In this document: positions 30,498 through 39,083 of the stretch, piece by piece
Layout of the letters: each line of letters starts with the position of its first letter
How positions within the stretch are numbered: the first letter of the stretch is position 1
Assembly: GCA_965204345.1 (NCBI GenBank)
Contig: OZ241981.1
Coordinates: 544,001-608,000 of the forward strand
Length of the DNA: 64,000 nucleotides
Reading direction: 5' to 3'
DNA from: Nitrosopumilus sp.
GTDB lineage: Archaea; Thermoproteota; Nitrososphaeria; Nitrososphaerales; Nitrosopumilaceae
Position numbers and translations under genes: made by a program
Notes under the pieces: model-generated
Databases searched by the model: none
Told to the model about the DNA's origin: nothing
Seen by the model: only the letters and a program-made list of their open reading frames with translations

Positions 30498-31919
30498 ATG
30501 AACAGCACGCTTCAAGATTTTGCAGACAGTGCAATAAAATATGCAGAAACAAAGGGAGTCCGGTATTGTGACGTCAGGGCCGAAGAATATGAGAAAAAAT
30601 CAGCACTGTTAGAAGACAGCCAGATTGAACACATAAGGACAGAGAAGGACCGTGGAATAGGAATCAGAGTCATAAAGGAAGACGTGTGGAATTTTTGCTC
30701 AATTACCAACCCACAGTCATTTGAGCAAATCAAAGAAGAGATTGACAAACTAGTTAAAAATGCAACATATAATTCAAAAAACGAAAAAAACAGGATAGCA
30801 CTTTGCCCAAACAAAACAAGCAAGGCTAAAATTAACTTCCCGGTATTAAAGAATCCAGAACTAGAAGAGATTGTAAAGATAGGGCTTGAATGCAGCAAGA
30901 TAATTACAGATACGCCCAAAATCATCAAAGCCGTAACCAATCCCCATTATTTGATAAATTCAAAATATTTTGCAAGCAGTGAAGGCTCGGAAATTTTACA
31001 AAATTATACAGATGTTGTAATAGAGATGATTGCAACTGCCCACGAGTCAGGAGTAACCCAATCAATAAACATAACAGAAGGAGGCAGAGGAGGAACAGAG
31101 CAGATCACAGGCAAGGAAAAGGCCTTTCATAGTGCAAAAGAAATTGCCTCAAAGACATCACAGCTAGTAAATGCAAAGCATCCAAAAGATCAAAAAGCAA
31201 CAGTTGTAATGAACCCTGACTTTGTATCACTGCTTGCCCATGAGATACTAGGTCATCCATCAGAGGCAGACAGGGTATTAGGTAAAGAGATGGCATGGGC
31301 AGGAGGTGCATGGTGGAAAGGAAAGATTGGTGAGAAAATCGGCTCAGAGAATCTAAGCGTGTTTGATGACCCCACAATCAAAGGGAGTCTTGGATGGTAT
31401 TATTTTGATGATGAGGGAGTTCAAACCAAAAGAACGCCACTAGTCAAAGACGGAATACTAGTAAATCATATGCAAAACAGGGAGACAGGCAAAATATTCA
31501 ATTCTGCACCCACAGGAAACATGAGGGCAACAAACTATCGATTCATGCCTCTGATTCGCATGGCATGCACATGTATAGGGGGCGGGGATTGGAGGGTAGA
31601 AGACATGATAAAGGATGTTAAGGAAGGGTATCTGATATCAAATATGAAAGTTCCCTCAATTGACATGAAAAGATACAACTGGAGCATATCATGCCAATAC
31701 GCACAAAAGATTGAAAGGGGAGAGATCACGGACCTGCTGCGAGATGTGATCGTAATGGGAACCTCAATGGAATTTTTTGACTCAGTTGATGCATGTGGGA
31801 ATGACTTTACAGTAAGGCCAATAACAAATTGCGGGAAAGGTGATCCAATGCAATCGATGATCATGGGAAATGGCGGACCCACCATAAGGGGAACTGCAAC
31901 AGTCAAAGGCGTGAACTAA
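30498..31919 (+). CDS. tldD: TldD/PmbA-family metalloprotease (TldD type)
   Basis: HEILGHPSEAD metal motif, DDEG and CGKG. Confidence 0.92.
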   Translation: MNSTLQDFADSAIKYAETKGVRYCDVRAEEYEKKSALLEDSQIEHIRTEKDRGIGIRVIKEDVWNFCSITNPQSFEQIKEEIDKLVKNATYNSKNEKNRIALCPNKTSKAKINFPVLKNPELEEIVKIGLECSKIITDTPKIIKAVTNPHYLINSKYFASSEGSEILQNYTDVVIEMIATAHESGVTQSINITEGGRGGTEQITGKEKAFHSAKEIASKTSQLVNAKHPKDQKATVVMNPDFVSLLAHEILGHPSEADRVLGKEMAWAGGAWWKGKIGEKIGSENLSVFDDPTIKGSLGWYYFDDEGVQTKRTPLVKDGILVNHMQNRETGKIFNSAPTGNMRATNYRFMPLIRMACTCIGGGDWRVEDMIKDVKEGYLISNMKVPSIDMKRYNWSISCQYAQKIERGEITDLLRDVIVMGTSMEFFDSVDACGNDFTVRPITNCGKGDPMQSMIMGNGGPTIRGTATVKGVN

Positions 31920-31921
31920 AA

Positions 31922-32515
31922 ATGAGGCAAAAATTAGAAACAGTCAAACAAAATGTCATAGAATGCACAAAGTGTGATTTATGCAAAACAAGAACAAACT
32001 CGGTGCCAGGCAAAGGAAACTTTCAATCAGATGTAATGTTTGTAGGAGAGGCACCGGGTGAAAACGAAGATCAGAAGGGAGAACCGTTCATAGGGATTGC
32101 AGGCAAAAAACTATCAGCGGCATTAGAGGGTGCAGAAATCACAAGAGACGACGTATATATTACAAATATTGTAAAATGCAGGCCTCCAAAAAACAGAGTT
32201 CCAAACACGGCTGAGAGAAGCACGTGTCAAGAGTATCTAAAGCAAGAGATACAGATAATCAAGCCAAAAATAATATGTATCCTGGGAAATACGGCATTTA
32301 ATTCGCTATTAGGAGGCTCAGAGATTACAAAACACCGAGGAAAGCTGGTACGAAAGGATGGCCAACTGTACTTCTTGACAGTGCATCCGGCCGCTACAAT
32401 ATACAACCAGGAATTGATCAAGGTGCTGCAAAAGGACATCATAAAATTATTTGATCTAGCAGCAGAGTTAAAAGATAATAAAAAAATTCAAGTAGATATT
32501 GACTATACTTCCTAG
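31922..32515 (+). CDS. udg: Uracil-DNA glycosylase, family 4
   Basis: CTKCDL, GEAPG...PF, KCRPP and HPAA motifs. Confidence 0.95.
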   Translation: MRQKLETVKQNVIECTKCDLCKTRTNSVPGKGNFQSDVMFVGEAPGENEDQKGEPFIGIAGKKLSAALEGAEITRDDVYITNIVKCRPPKNRVPNTAERSTCQEYLKQEIQIIKPKIICILGNTAFNSLLGGSEITKHRGKLVRKDGQLYFLTVHPAATIYNQELIKVLQKDIIKLFDLAAELKDNKKIQVDIDYTS

Positions 32516-33050
32516 AGAATTTTATTCAAAAGACACAGTTATCGTTGCAAGAAATCTGTTGGGAAAGAAGATCATTAGAAGGATGGGCAAGCACACAATA
32601 TCAGGAATAATTACAGAGACTGAGGCCTACCGGCACAAGGACGATCCGGCAAGCCACGCATTTAGAAGAATTACAGAGAGAAACAGGGTGATGTTTGGAA
32701 ATGTCGGAATTTCATACGTGTATTTTACTTATGGAATGCACTTTTGCTTCAACATAGTGGCAAGGGATTCAAAGAATTTGGCAGGAGCCGTGCTAATCCG
32801 CTCAATTATTCCAGAAAAGGGAATCAAAATTATGCAGAAAAATAGGGGCATCCCACACTTGAAGAATCTTACGGATGGTCCGGCAAAACTTGCACAGGCA
32901 TTGTCAATAACGAAAAAACAGCACGGGGTAGACGTGACAAAGAGATCAGAAGTATGCATCACCGAAGGAATAAGGGCAAAAAAGATTACGGCATCCCCAA
33001 GAGTAGGAATTAAAAAGGCAACTGACAGGCTATGGAATTTTAAAATCTAA
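32499..33050 (+). CDS. mpg: 3-methyladenine DNA glycosylase (MPG family)
   Basis: ETEAY...DPASH, YVYFTYGMH, GAVLIR, GPAKL and RVGI motifs. Confidence 0.95.
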   Translation: MTILPREFYSKDTVIVARNLLGKKIIRRMGKHTISGIITETEAYRHKDDPASHAFRRITERNRVMFGNVGISYVYFTYGMHFCFNIVARDSKNLAGAVLIRSIIPEKGIKIMQKNRGIPHLKNLTDGPAKLAQALSITKKQHGVDVTKRSEVCITEGIRAKKITASPRVGIKKATDRLWNFKI

Positions 33051-33679
33051 TCCTTGTTATTCTCATCCAAAGTCCATGGTGCAAACTTGCCAAGGATTCT
33101 TACCCAGTCCAACCTCAGCAACAGTACAACAACAGTCGTCATCATTGCTCCAAAGACAATCATTCCTATGTAAATAGGGGTTGCATTATCAATATTTTCA
33201 AGAAATGGCTCAACTAAGGACAGCCCAAGATAATGGGAAATAAACACAATAGAATAGCTTAGGACAATCTTTCCAGTAAAGGTTGCAATAAAAAATCTTT
33301 TGGGATTGTATTTTGCCAATCCCAACGGAACATAAACTAAGTCATCAGGAACAGGGGTTGCTGCTGCAAAAAATGCCGCAGTTGCACCGTATTTTTTAAC
33401 TAGTCTCTCAAAAGGGCGCATTCTCTTTCGGGTTTTTTCATTAATAATTTTTCTTCCACCATAACTAAGGTAGAAAATAATCTGTTTGGCAGCAGTAGAG
33501 GTTACTGCAAAAAGCAATGCCAAAACATGAAGATCAAACTGATCACCTACGGACATTGTTGCAAGAAGCAAAAACCCGGGCAGGGGGACAAACGGCACAA
33601 GGGAGCCAAAAAAGTTAACAAGAGTCAGACTGAGATAGCCTACCTCTGGTGCAAACGGGAAGAGATCAACAAAATCCAC
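33047..33679 (-). CDS. VTT/DedA-like membrane protein
   Basis: PFVPLP and AATPVPDD...GL...FF...GK motifs. Confidence 0.82.
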   Translation of the reverse strand: MDFVDLFPFAPEVGYLSLTLVNFFGSLVPFVPLPGFLLLATMSVGDQFDLHVLALLFAVTSTAAKQIIFYLSYGGRKIINEKTRKRMRPFERLVKKYGATAAFFAAATPVPDDLVYVPLGLAKYNPKRFFIATFTGKIVLSYSIVFISHYLGLSLVEPFLENIDNATPIYIGMIVFGAMMTTVVVLLLRLDWVRILGKFAPWTLDENNKD

Positions 33680-33768
33680 AAATCAAACTGTTTTTACGCT
33701 TTATTTAATGAAATCTAGAAGTCCAGCTTACAATTCATTAAAATATCATCTATTCTGAACTCTATTAA

Positions 33769-34143
33769 ATGGCAAAAAAGGATTATGAAAAAATATGTGA
33801 GAATATTGCAACAATAAGCCCATTTATCCGATTTGTAGGCGTAATAGGCAAAAGTGGAAACCTGCAGGCATACAAAAGAAGACCGGATCTAGTTCCGCTT
33901 TTAAATGAGAAAAATACACAGTACCAGTTCTCACATATTGCCATAAAGACGGATTTGGAAGGATTTTTTGATAAAAATCTTGGGGAAATTGAATTTGTGT
34001 GGGAAGAGAGGAAGAAGGTGCAGACCATTTCTTTTGCCATCAAAAAATCAAGAGTGTGGATATCAATAGATAAAAAAGTAATCAGATCTGAGATGCTAAG
34101 AATTATAGATGCATGTCTGCCAATTGTAAAAAAATACTCTTAA
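33769..34143 (+). CDS. Hypothetical protein (roadblock/profilin-like thaumarchaeal family)
   Basis: IRFVGVI...G...FDKNLG...ERKKV pattern; family assignment by recall. Confidence 0.7.
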   Translation: MAKKDYEKICENIATISPFIRFVGVIGKSGNLQAYKRRPDLVPLLNEKNTQYQFSHIAIKTDLEGFFDKNLGEIEFVWEERKKVQTISFAIKKSRVWISIDKKVIRSEMLRIIDACLPIVKKYS

Positions 34144-34563
34144 TACGCAGGGTTCCCTGCCGTGAAACCAGTTTGAATTAATCAGACAGGACATTATATT
34201 AAGGCACGTTTAGAAGATAAAAGAGAGACATAGAACTGGCTTTTCTAAGCAGGCATCATAAAAAATATGAAACACACAGATGAAATTCAAAAATTAGCAG
34301 ATAAAAATATTCTTAGAAGAGCAGATGAATAAAAATCATCAGATGAGCGCAGAGCAGACAAGTAGTGAATCAAGAGACATGGCAAAATTTGGGCAGGAAT
34401 CATTTTTAAAAAAAATCATCAAACTTGGAAAATCATAAAAAAGTCAGGTTTGATTCAAATGCGAATATGATTTGTAAAAATACGGCAGAAAGAAAGACTG
34501 TACAGGTGCAAGGGATTTATTTTTAAAAAAAATTGACAATGAATTAGTTAATTGAAGATAAGA

Positions 34564-35505
34564 TTATTTTTCATCCTCATATAGCCAGCATCTAACATAG
34601 CCAGTGTCAGTTTTAAATTTAGGAGGCAATTCTTTGCATTTTTCAATTGCCAAAGGACACCGTTCAATAAACCTGCACTGTGTTGGAGCATCAAGCAGGC
34701 TGGGAGGAACGCCCGGAATATATTTTGGGGCATTGCCCTTCAAAGTGGGAATTGACTCCAAAAGGCCCTGAGTGTAGGGATGTTTTGGGTTTTTGTATAT
34801 TTGTTCTGAGGAACCAAACTCTACCATCTCTCCCCCATACATTATGCCGACTTTATCGGCAATTTCTGAAAGCACAGCCAAATCGTGCGTAATTAGCATA
34901 AAAGACATGCCATCTTTTTTCAGGGATTTGAGTAAGCTGACAATCTGAGCTTGAATCAAGACATCTAATGCAGTGGTAGGCTCATCTGCGATGACAAACT
35001 TTGGTTTTAACAGCAATGCCATTGCAATTATTACTCTTTGCTTCATGCCGCCGCTTAGCTCATGGGGGTATTTTTTCAAGACGGCATCATCAAGTGAGAC
35101 AGAGCGTATTGCATCTGAAATCAGCTTTTTGGAATTATTGTCACAGTTATGCTGCTTTAAAATTTCAAGAAACTGCTCGTTGATGGTAAATACGGGATCA
35201 AGGGAATTCATGGCGCCTTGAAATATCATTGAGATTTTTTTCCATCTAAATTCATTATCAAACTCAGATTCATCTACATCCAAGAGTGAGGTGCCATCAA
35301 AGATGATCCTGCCTTTGGTGTCACTACTGCCTGAAAGCATCCGGATAAGGGAGAGCCCAAGGGTACTTTTTCCACATGCACTCTCGCCTGCAATGCCTAT
35401 TGATTCACCAGCATCTAGTTGAAAATCAACATCATCAACAGCATAAACAGGGCCTTTTGATGAGGAATATCTAGAGGATAGTCCATCTACACTTAGAAAT
35501 GCCAT
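34564..35505 (-). CDS. Oligopeptide/dipeptide ABC transporter ATP-binding subunit
   Basis: GESACGKS, YPHELSGGMKQR, DEPTTALD, HPYT and a Cys-rich tail. Confidence 0.95.
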   Translation of the reverse strand: MAFLSVDGLSSRYSSSKGPVYAVDDVDFQLDAGESIGIAGESACGKSTLGLSLIRMLSGSSDTKGRIIFDGTSLLDVDESEFDNEFRWKKISMIFQGAMNSLDPVFTINEQFLEILKQHNCDNNSKKLISDAIRSVSLDDAVLKKYPHELSGGMKQRVIIAMALLLKPKFVIADEPTTALDVLIQAQIVSLLKSLKKDGMSFMLITHDLAVLSEIADKVGIMYGGEMVEFGSSEQIYKNPKHPYTQGLLESIPTLKGNAPKYIPGVPPSLLDAPTQCRFIERCPLAIEKCKELPPKFKTDTGYVRCWLYEDEK

Positions 35506-35587
35506 GATTCCTTTAGGTTCAAACTAGAATTTTTGTTTTGCATCAAGGGATATAAACAAGATTGTAGGAATGAAAAAGTCGATTTAA

Positions 35588-36100
35588 ATGAAACTACCAA
35601 TTTGCGGCTTTGATGCAAAAAATTCGGTGCTATGTCCTCAGTGTGAGAGCAAAGTAGAGTCAGGCATACTAACAAAGGCAGATGTTGAGGCATCAATGAG
35701 TATTGCAAACATTGCAAAATCAAACAAAGAGATTGATGATTTTACGCTATACTCATGCAGGGAATTTGAGGGAAATTTTGTTTTATCCTTGGCAAAAAAT
35801 GACATTATGACAATCAGGCAGAGTCGGACGCTATATCGCATATTGCAAGAGCAGTTCAAGGGCAAAATTTGGCTGGTAGAAGCAGATGAAACCGACAAAA
35901 GATTCATCGAGGACTTGTTTTTTCCAACCAGGATTTTATCAATTAATGCAGTGTGGGCATCAGGAGGCATCCAAAAGACAAAGGCAGTTATTACAGGCAA
36001 ATGGACCCCAAAATTTCCAATTGACACAGAGAAAGTGGTGCAAATAGTCAGAAATGTCCGAAACCTTGACATTGAAATAGAGTTTGAGGATAAAAGATAG
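35588..36100 (+). CDS. Archaeal NusA-like KH protein with N-terminal Zn motif
   Basis: MKLPICxxD...LCPQC N-terminus; lies directly upstream of aspS. Confidence 0.75.
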   Translation: MKLPICGFDAKNSVLCPQCESKVESGILTKADVEASMSIANIAKSNKEIDDFTLYSCREFEGNFVLSLAKNDIMTIRQSRTLYRILQEQFKGKIWLVEADETDKRFIEDLFFPTRILSINAVWASGGIQKTKAVITGKWTPKFPIDTEKVVQIVRNVRNLDIEIEFEDKR

Positions 36101-36102
36101 AG

Positions 36103-37389
36103 ATGAGATTTGTAAAATCCCATGATATTTCAGGACTAAATGGGGAGTTAATTGGAAAACAGGTCGTTTTGGGCGGATGGATTGAAGACCTGCGAAAACT
36201 AGGAAAGATGTCATTTATCACGCTGCGTGACGTAACAGGAATTTCTCAGGTCATAGTAAAGGGGGAACTAAATGACAGCTTGGGGGATATTAATCGCCAA
36301 AGTGCCGTCATCATCAAAGGCATTGTTCAGCAAACAAAAGCCCGGGATTTTGCATTTGAAGTCAAGGCAGAAGAAATCATAGTTTTAGGCAAAGCAATCC
36401 ATCCACTGCCAGTAGACCCAATTGGAAGAGTTGAGAGCAATATCGATACAAGGCTAAATCACCGTGCGCTAGACATGAGAAACCAGAAAACGGCATCAAT
36501 CTTCAAGCTGCGCCATCATGCATTACAGTCATTAAGAAAGACATTGTCAGATAAAAAATTCCTAGAGATAACAACGCCAAAAATTATCGGCAGTGCAAGC
36601 GAAGGGGGGGCAGACCTGTTTTCATTAGAATATTTTGGAAAAACAGCGTATCTTGCTCAGAGTCCGCAGCTATACAAGGAACAGATGACGATAGGATTAG
36701 AAAGAGTGTTTGAGATTTCAAACTTTTACAGGGCCGAAAATTCCCACACGGGAAGGCACTTGACAGAGTTTACCAGCATAGACATAGAGGCAGCATTCAT
36801 GGATTATGAGGACGTCATGAATGTTTTGGAGCTTCTAATAGTTGCACTTTACAAGGATATTTCAGAGAACTGCAAGAAAGAACTAGAGTCAGTTGGACAT
36901 ACAGTCAAAGTTCCAAACACGCCGTTTGAGAGAATAACATACACCCAGTGTGTTGAGGAACTAAAAAAAGAGGGTGAAAAAATTGAATTTGGGGAGGACC
37001 TGCTTGATTCGCACCTCAGAATCATAGGAAAGAACCATCCAGGATTTTACTTTTTGACGGACTGGCCAATGAAGCTAAAACCATTTTACATCAGAGAAAA
37101 AGACGAGGATGCAACACTTTCTCGTTCGTTTGATTTGCAGTATGGGTTCTTGGAGCTGTCATCTGGGGGAACCAGACTTCACAATCCAGAAACGCTCAAA
37201 AAAAGACTAGAAGAACAGGGACTGGATCCCGCACAATTTGCAGACCACCTAAAGACATTTGATTGGGGAATGCCGCCACATTCTGGATGGGGGATGGGAT
37301 TAGATAGGCTGATGACTGCATTGATTGGGATTGATAACGTACGTGAAGTCGTACTATACCCAAGAGACCCAGACAGGCTAAGCCCATAG
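36103..37389 (+). CDS. aspS: Aspartate--tRNA(Asp/Asn) ligase
   Basis: OB-fold, AQSPQLYK, YRAENSHTGRHLTEF and GMPPHSGWGMGLDR. Confidence 0.97.
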   Translation: MRFVKSHDISGLNGELIGKQVVLGGWIEDLRKLGKMSFITLRDVTGISQVIVKGELNDSLGDINRQSAVIIKGIVQQTKARDFAFEVKAEEIIVLGKAIHPLPVDPIGRVESNIDTRLNHRALDMRNQKTASIFKLRHHALQSLRKTLSDKKFLEITTPKIIGSASEGGADLFSLEYFGKTAYLAQSPQLYKEQMTIGLERVFEISNFYRAENSHTGRHLTEFTSIDIEAAFMDYEDVMNVLELLIVALYKDISENCKKELESVGHTVKVPNTPFERITYTQCVEELKKEGEKIEFGEDLLDSHLRIIGKNHPGFYFLTDWPMKLKPFYIREKDEDATLSRSFDLQYGFLELSSGGTRLHNPETLKKRLEEQGLDPAQFADHLKTFDWGMPPHSGWGMGLDRLMTALIGIDNVREVVLYPRDPDRLSP

Positions 37390-37399
37390 GAGCAAAAGA

Positions 37400-37567
37400 A
37401 TGACATTATTCTGCAAGCAGTGCAACGGGAGAAGGCTTCCAATAGTACACGCAAAAGAGAAGGCACCACTGTGGCTATGTGAGAGGTGTGGGAATTTCGC
37501 AGACGGGGAAGACATTATTATTCGGGAATTGACAAAAGAAGAAAAAGATGAGATGAAGGCAAAATAA
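37400..37567 (+). CDS. Small zinc-ribbon protein, 55 aa (not in the ORF track)
   Basis: MTLFCKQC...WLCERCGN; starts 10 nt after the aspS stop. Confidence 0.7.
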   Translation: MTLFCKQCNGRRLPIVHAKEKAPLWLCERCGNFADGEDIIIRELTKEEKDEMKAK

Positions 37568-37676
37568 AAGATTTTCATAGAAACACAATTGCTAAATTAA
37601 GAGAGGATCGGGCAGGCAAATGATGTTAGTTGATTTGTCTGCTCAAATTTTTATTGTATTAGGAGTGAATTAGGGC

Positions 37677-37931
37677 ATGATCGGGCAAGACGATGCAAAA
37701 AAGGTAGTAGAGGTAATAGGAAATAATTTGATAGGTGTCTCTCATGATTCAAACAGCTTTGCAAAATTGCCTGATTCGTTTTGGGGGTATTTTGCAAGGG
37801 GGCATGACAAAAAGGGGACATTTGGGGTAATAGTCACATATTCTGAAGAAGGAAAGGACGTTGATGAGCTAATTAAGATGTATGAACAGTGGGCTGCAAA
37901 AAATAAAACAGGATCAGAGGAGCCTACTTAG
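37677..37931 (+). CDS. Hypothetical protein
   Basis: 84-aa ORF with a TTTATT box upstream. Confidence 0.7.
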   Translation: MIGQDDAKKVVEVIGNNLIGVSHDSNSFAKLPDSFWGYFARGHDKKGTFGVIVTYSEEGKDVDELIKMYEQWAAKNKTGSEEPT

Positions 37932-38055
37932 TTTCTTTGAGTAGTTTGCGATAGCCTGCACATTCCTTACAAATGGGTTTTCCTTTATATGCAGGATTGC
38001 CATCAGAAATTTTTAAGGTTCCAGGAGCATTCTTGCAAATACAACAATCAGCCAT
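37924..38055 (-). CDS. Small CxxC...CxxC zinc-finger protein, 43 aa (not in the ORF track)
   Basis: MADCCICKNAPGTLKISDGNPAYKGKPICKECAGYRKLLKETK; TTTATTA lies ~25 nt upstream. Confidence 0.7.
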   Translation of the reverse strand: MADCCICKNAPGTLKISDGNPAYKGKPICKECAGYRKLLKETK

Positions 38056-38155
38056 ACAATTGAGTAAAGATTGCAACTAATAAAAATTGATTTTGATGGT
38101 TCTGTCGGGTTAACGGGATCTAGGTTGAATTTTCCTTGTGTAAAATAGCATTTTG

Positions 38156-38271
38156 GATTCTGTTGCGTTTATGAGAAATATACACGAATCTGCTTGATCG
38201 CACCAGTTTTAATCAAAGACCTGCAAATGGACTGGTAAATTCCAGCGATCAGATCATCGGAGTTTGCCAGA
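38156..38271 (+). mobile_element. MITE-like element, left part with left TIR
   Basis: gattctgttgcgtttatgagaaata matches the reverse complement of the right end of the 23.8 kb copy at 22 of 25 bases; the body aligns with 23523-23611. Confidence 0.8.
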
Positions 38272-38334
38272 CCCGCAAAGACAACTGATGCCATGATGAT
38301 AATAATGATCAGATTGCCAATCTTCCTTAAATAA

Positions 38335-38637
38335 TTACAAGTCAGAGATCAGTCCAGAAAGAAACATGTGAAATTCCTCGTCATTAAAAGTAATTGTTTC
38401 AAATTTATTTTCACTCCTAGCTAGCTGTGCAGACTCCAAGTGATAGCAGGCAGTTTTGCCATGTAGCTTGCCAAAATAAAATCCAGGACAGGAACAATAG
38501 CGGGCGCCAGGATCAATCCAGTGCTCCCTGCTTTTTCCAACCACTGTCCAAATCTTTGTCTGACTGGGCTCAAAAACATGTAATTTTACACGTTTTTGAG
38601 AGACAAATGATCGGATTCGTTCCAGGTCTTTGTCCAT
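38335..38637 (-). CDS. SWIM zinc-finger protein
   Basis: WTVVG...YCSCPGF...CYH. Confidence 0.82.
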   Translation of the reverse strand: MDKDLERIRSFVSQKRVKLHVFEPSQTKIWTVVGKSREHWIDPGARYCSCPGFYFGKLHGKTACYHLESAQLARSENKFETITFNDEEFHMFLSGLISDL

Positions 38638-39083
38638 ATGTGTTAACAGATACCCATAGTATAACTATGATGTCACAAAAAGGACAAACCCATCAGAATC
38701 AGCCTTAATTAGATGATATGAAAAAATATAGTCTTGCAGTTACTTATATCCACATAGTATTTGAGGGTAACACGATATCAAACGGGATTTTCGCAGGTAA
38801 AAATTCAAGTACAAATGAATCAGTCAAAGAATTAACAAGGACACTGGTAATTAAAAAAAAAGGCCAGATTATGCAATTTTGTGAGACAGTGAGAGGACCG
38901 TTGTTTCCAATGCAGGAATAACTAAAGCTTGTTTGGGTTGTGGTACTTTTATTTTCAAACTTTTGGATTGCCAAAGGATGCAGATAAAAGATGTTGCAGA
39001 CAGGAATGATAAACTAGGAGAAAACAACTTTGCAGTCTAATAAATCAAAAGTACCTGTAAAATAGCAAAGAATTAGAAAGAGT

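Noticed and set aside
38718-38974. Short ORFs on both strands downstream of the giant gene
   Set aside because: No motifs and mutually overlapping; likely non-coding debris.
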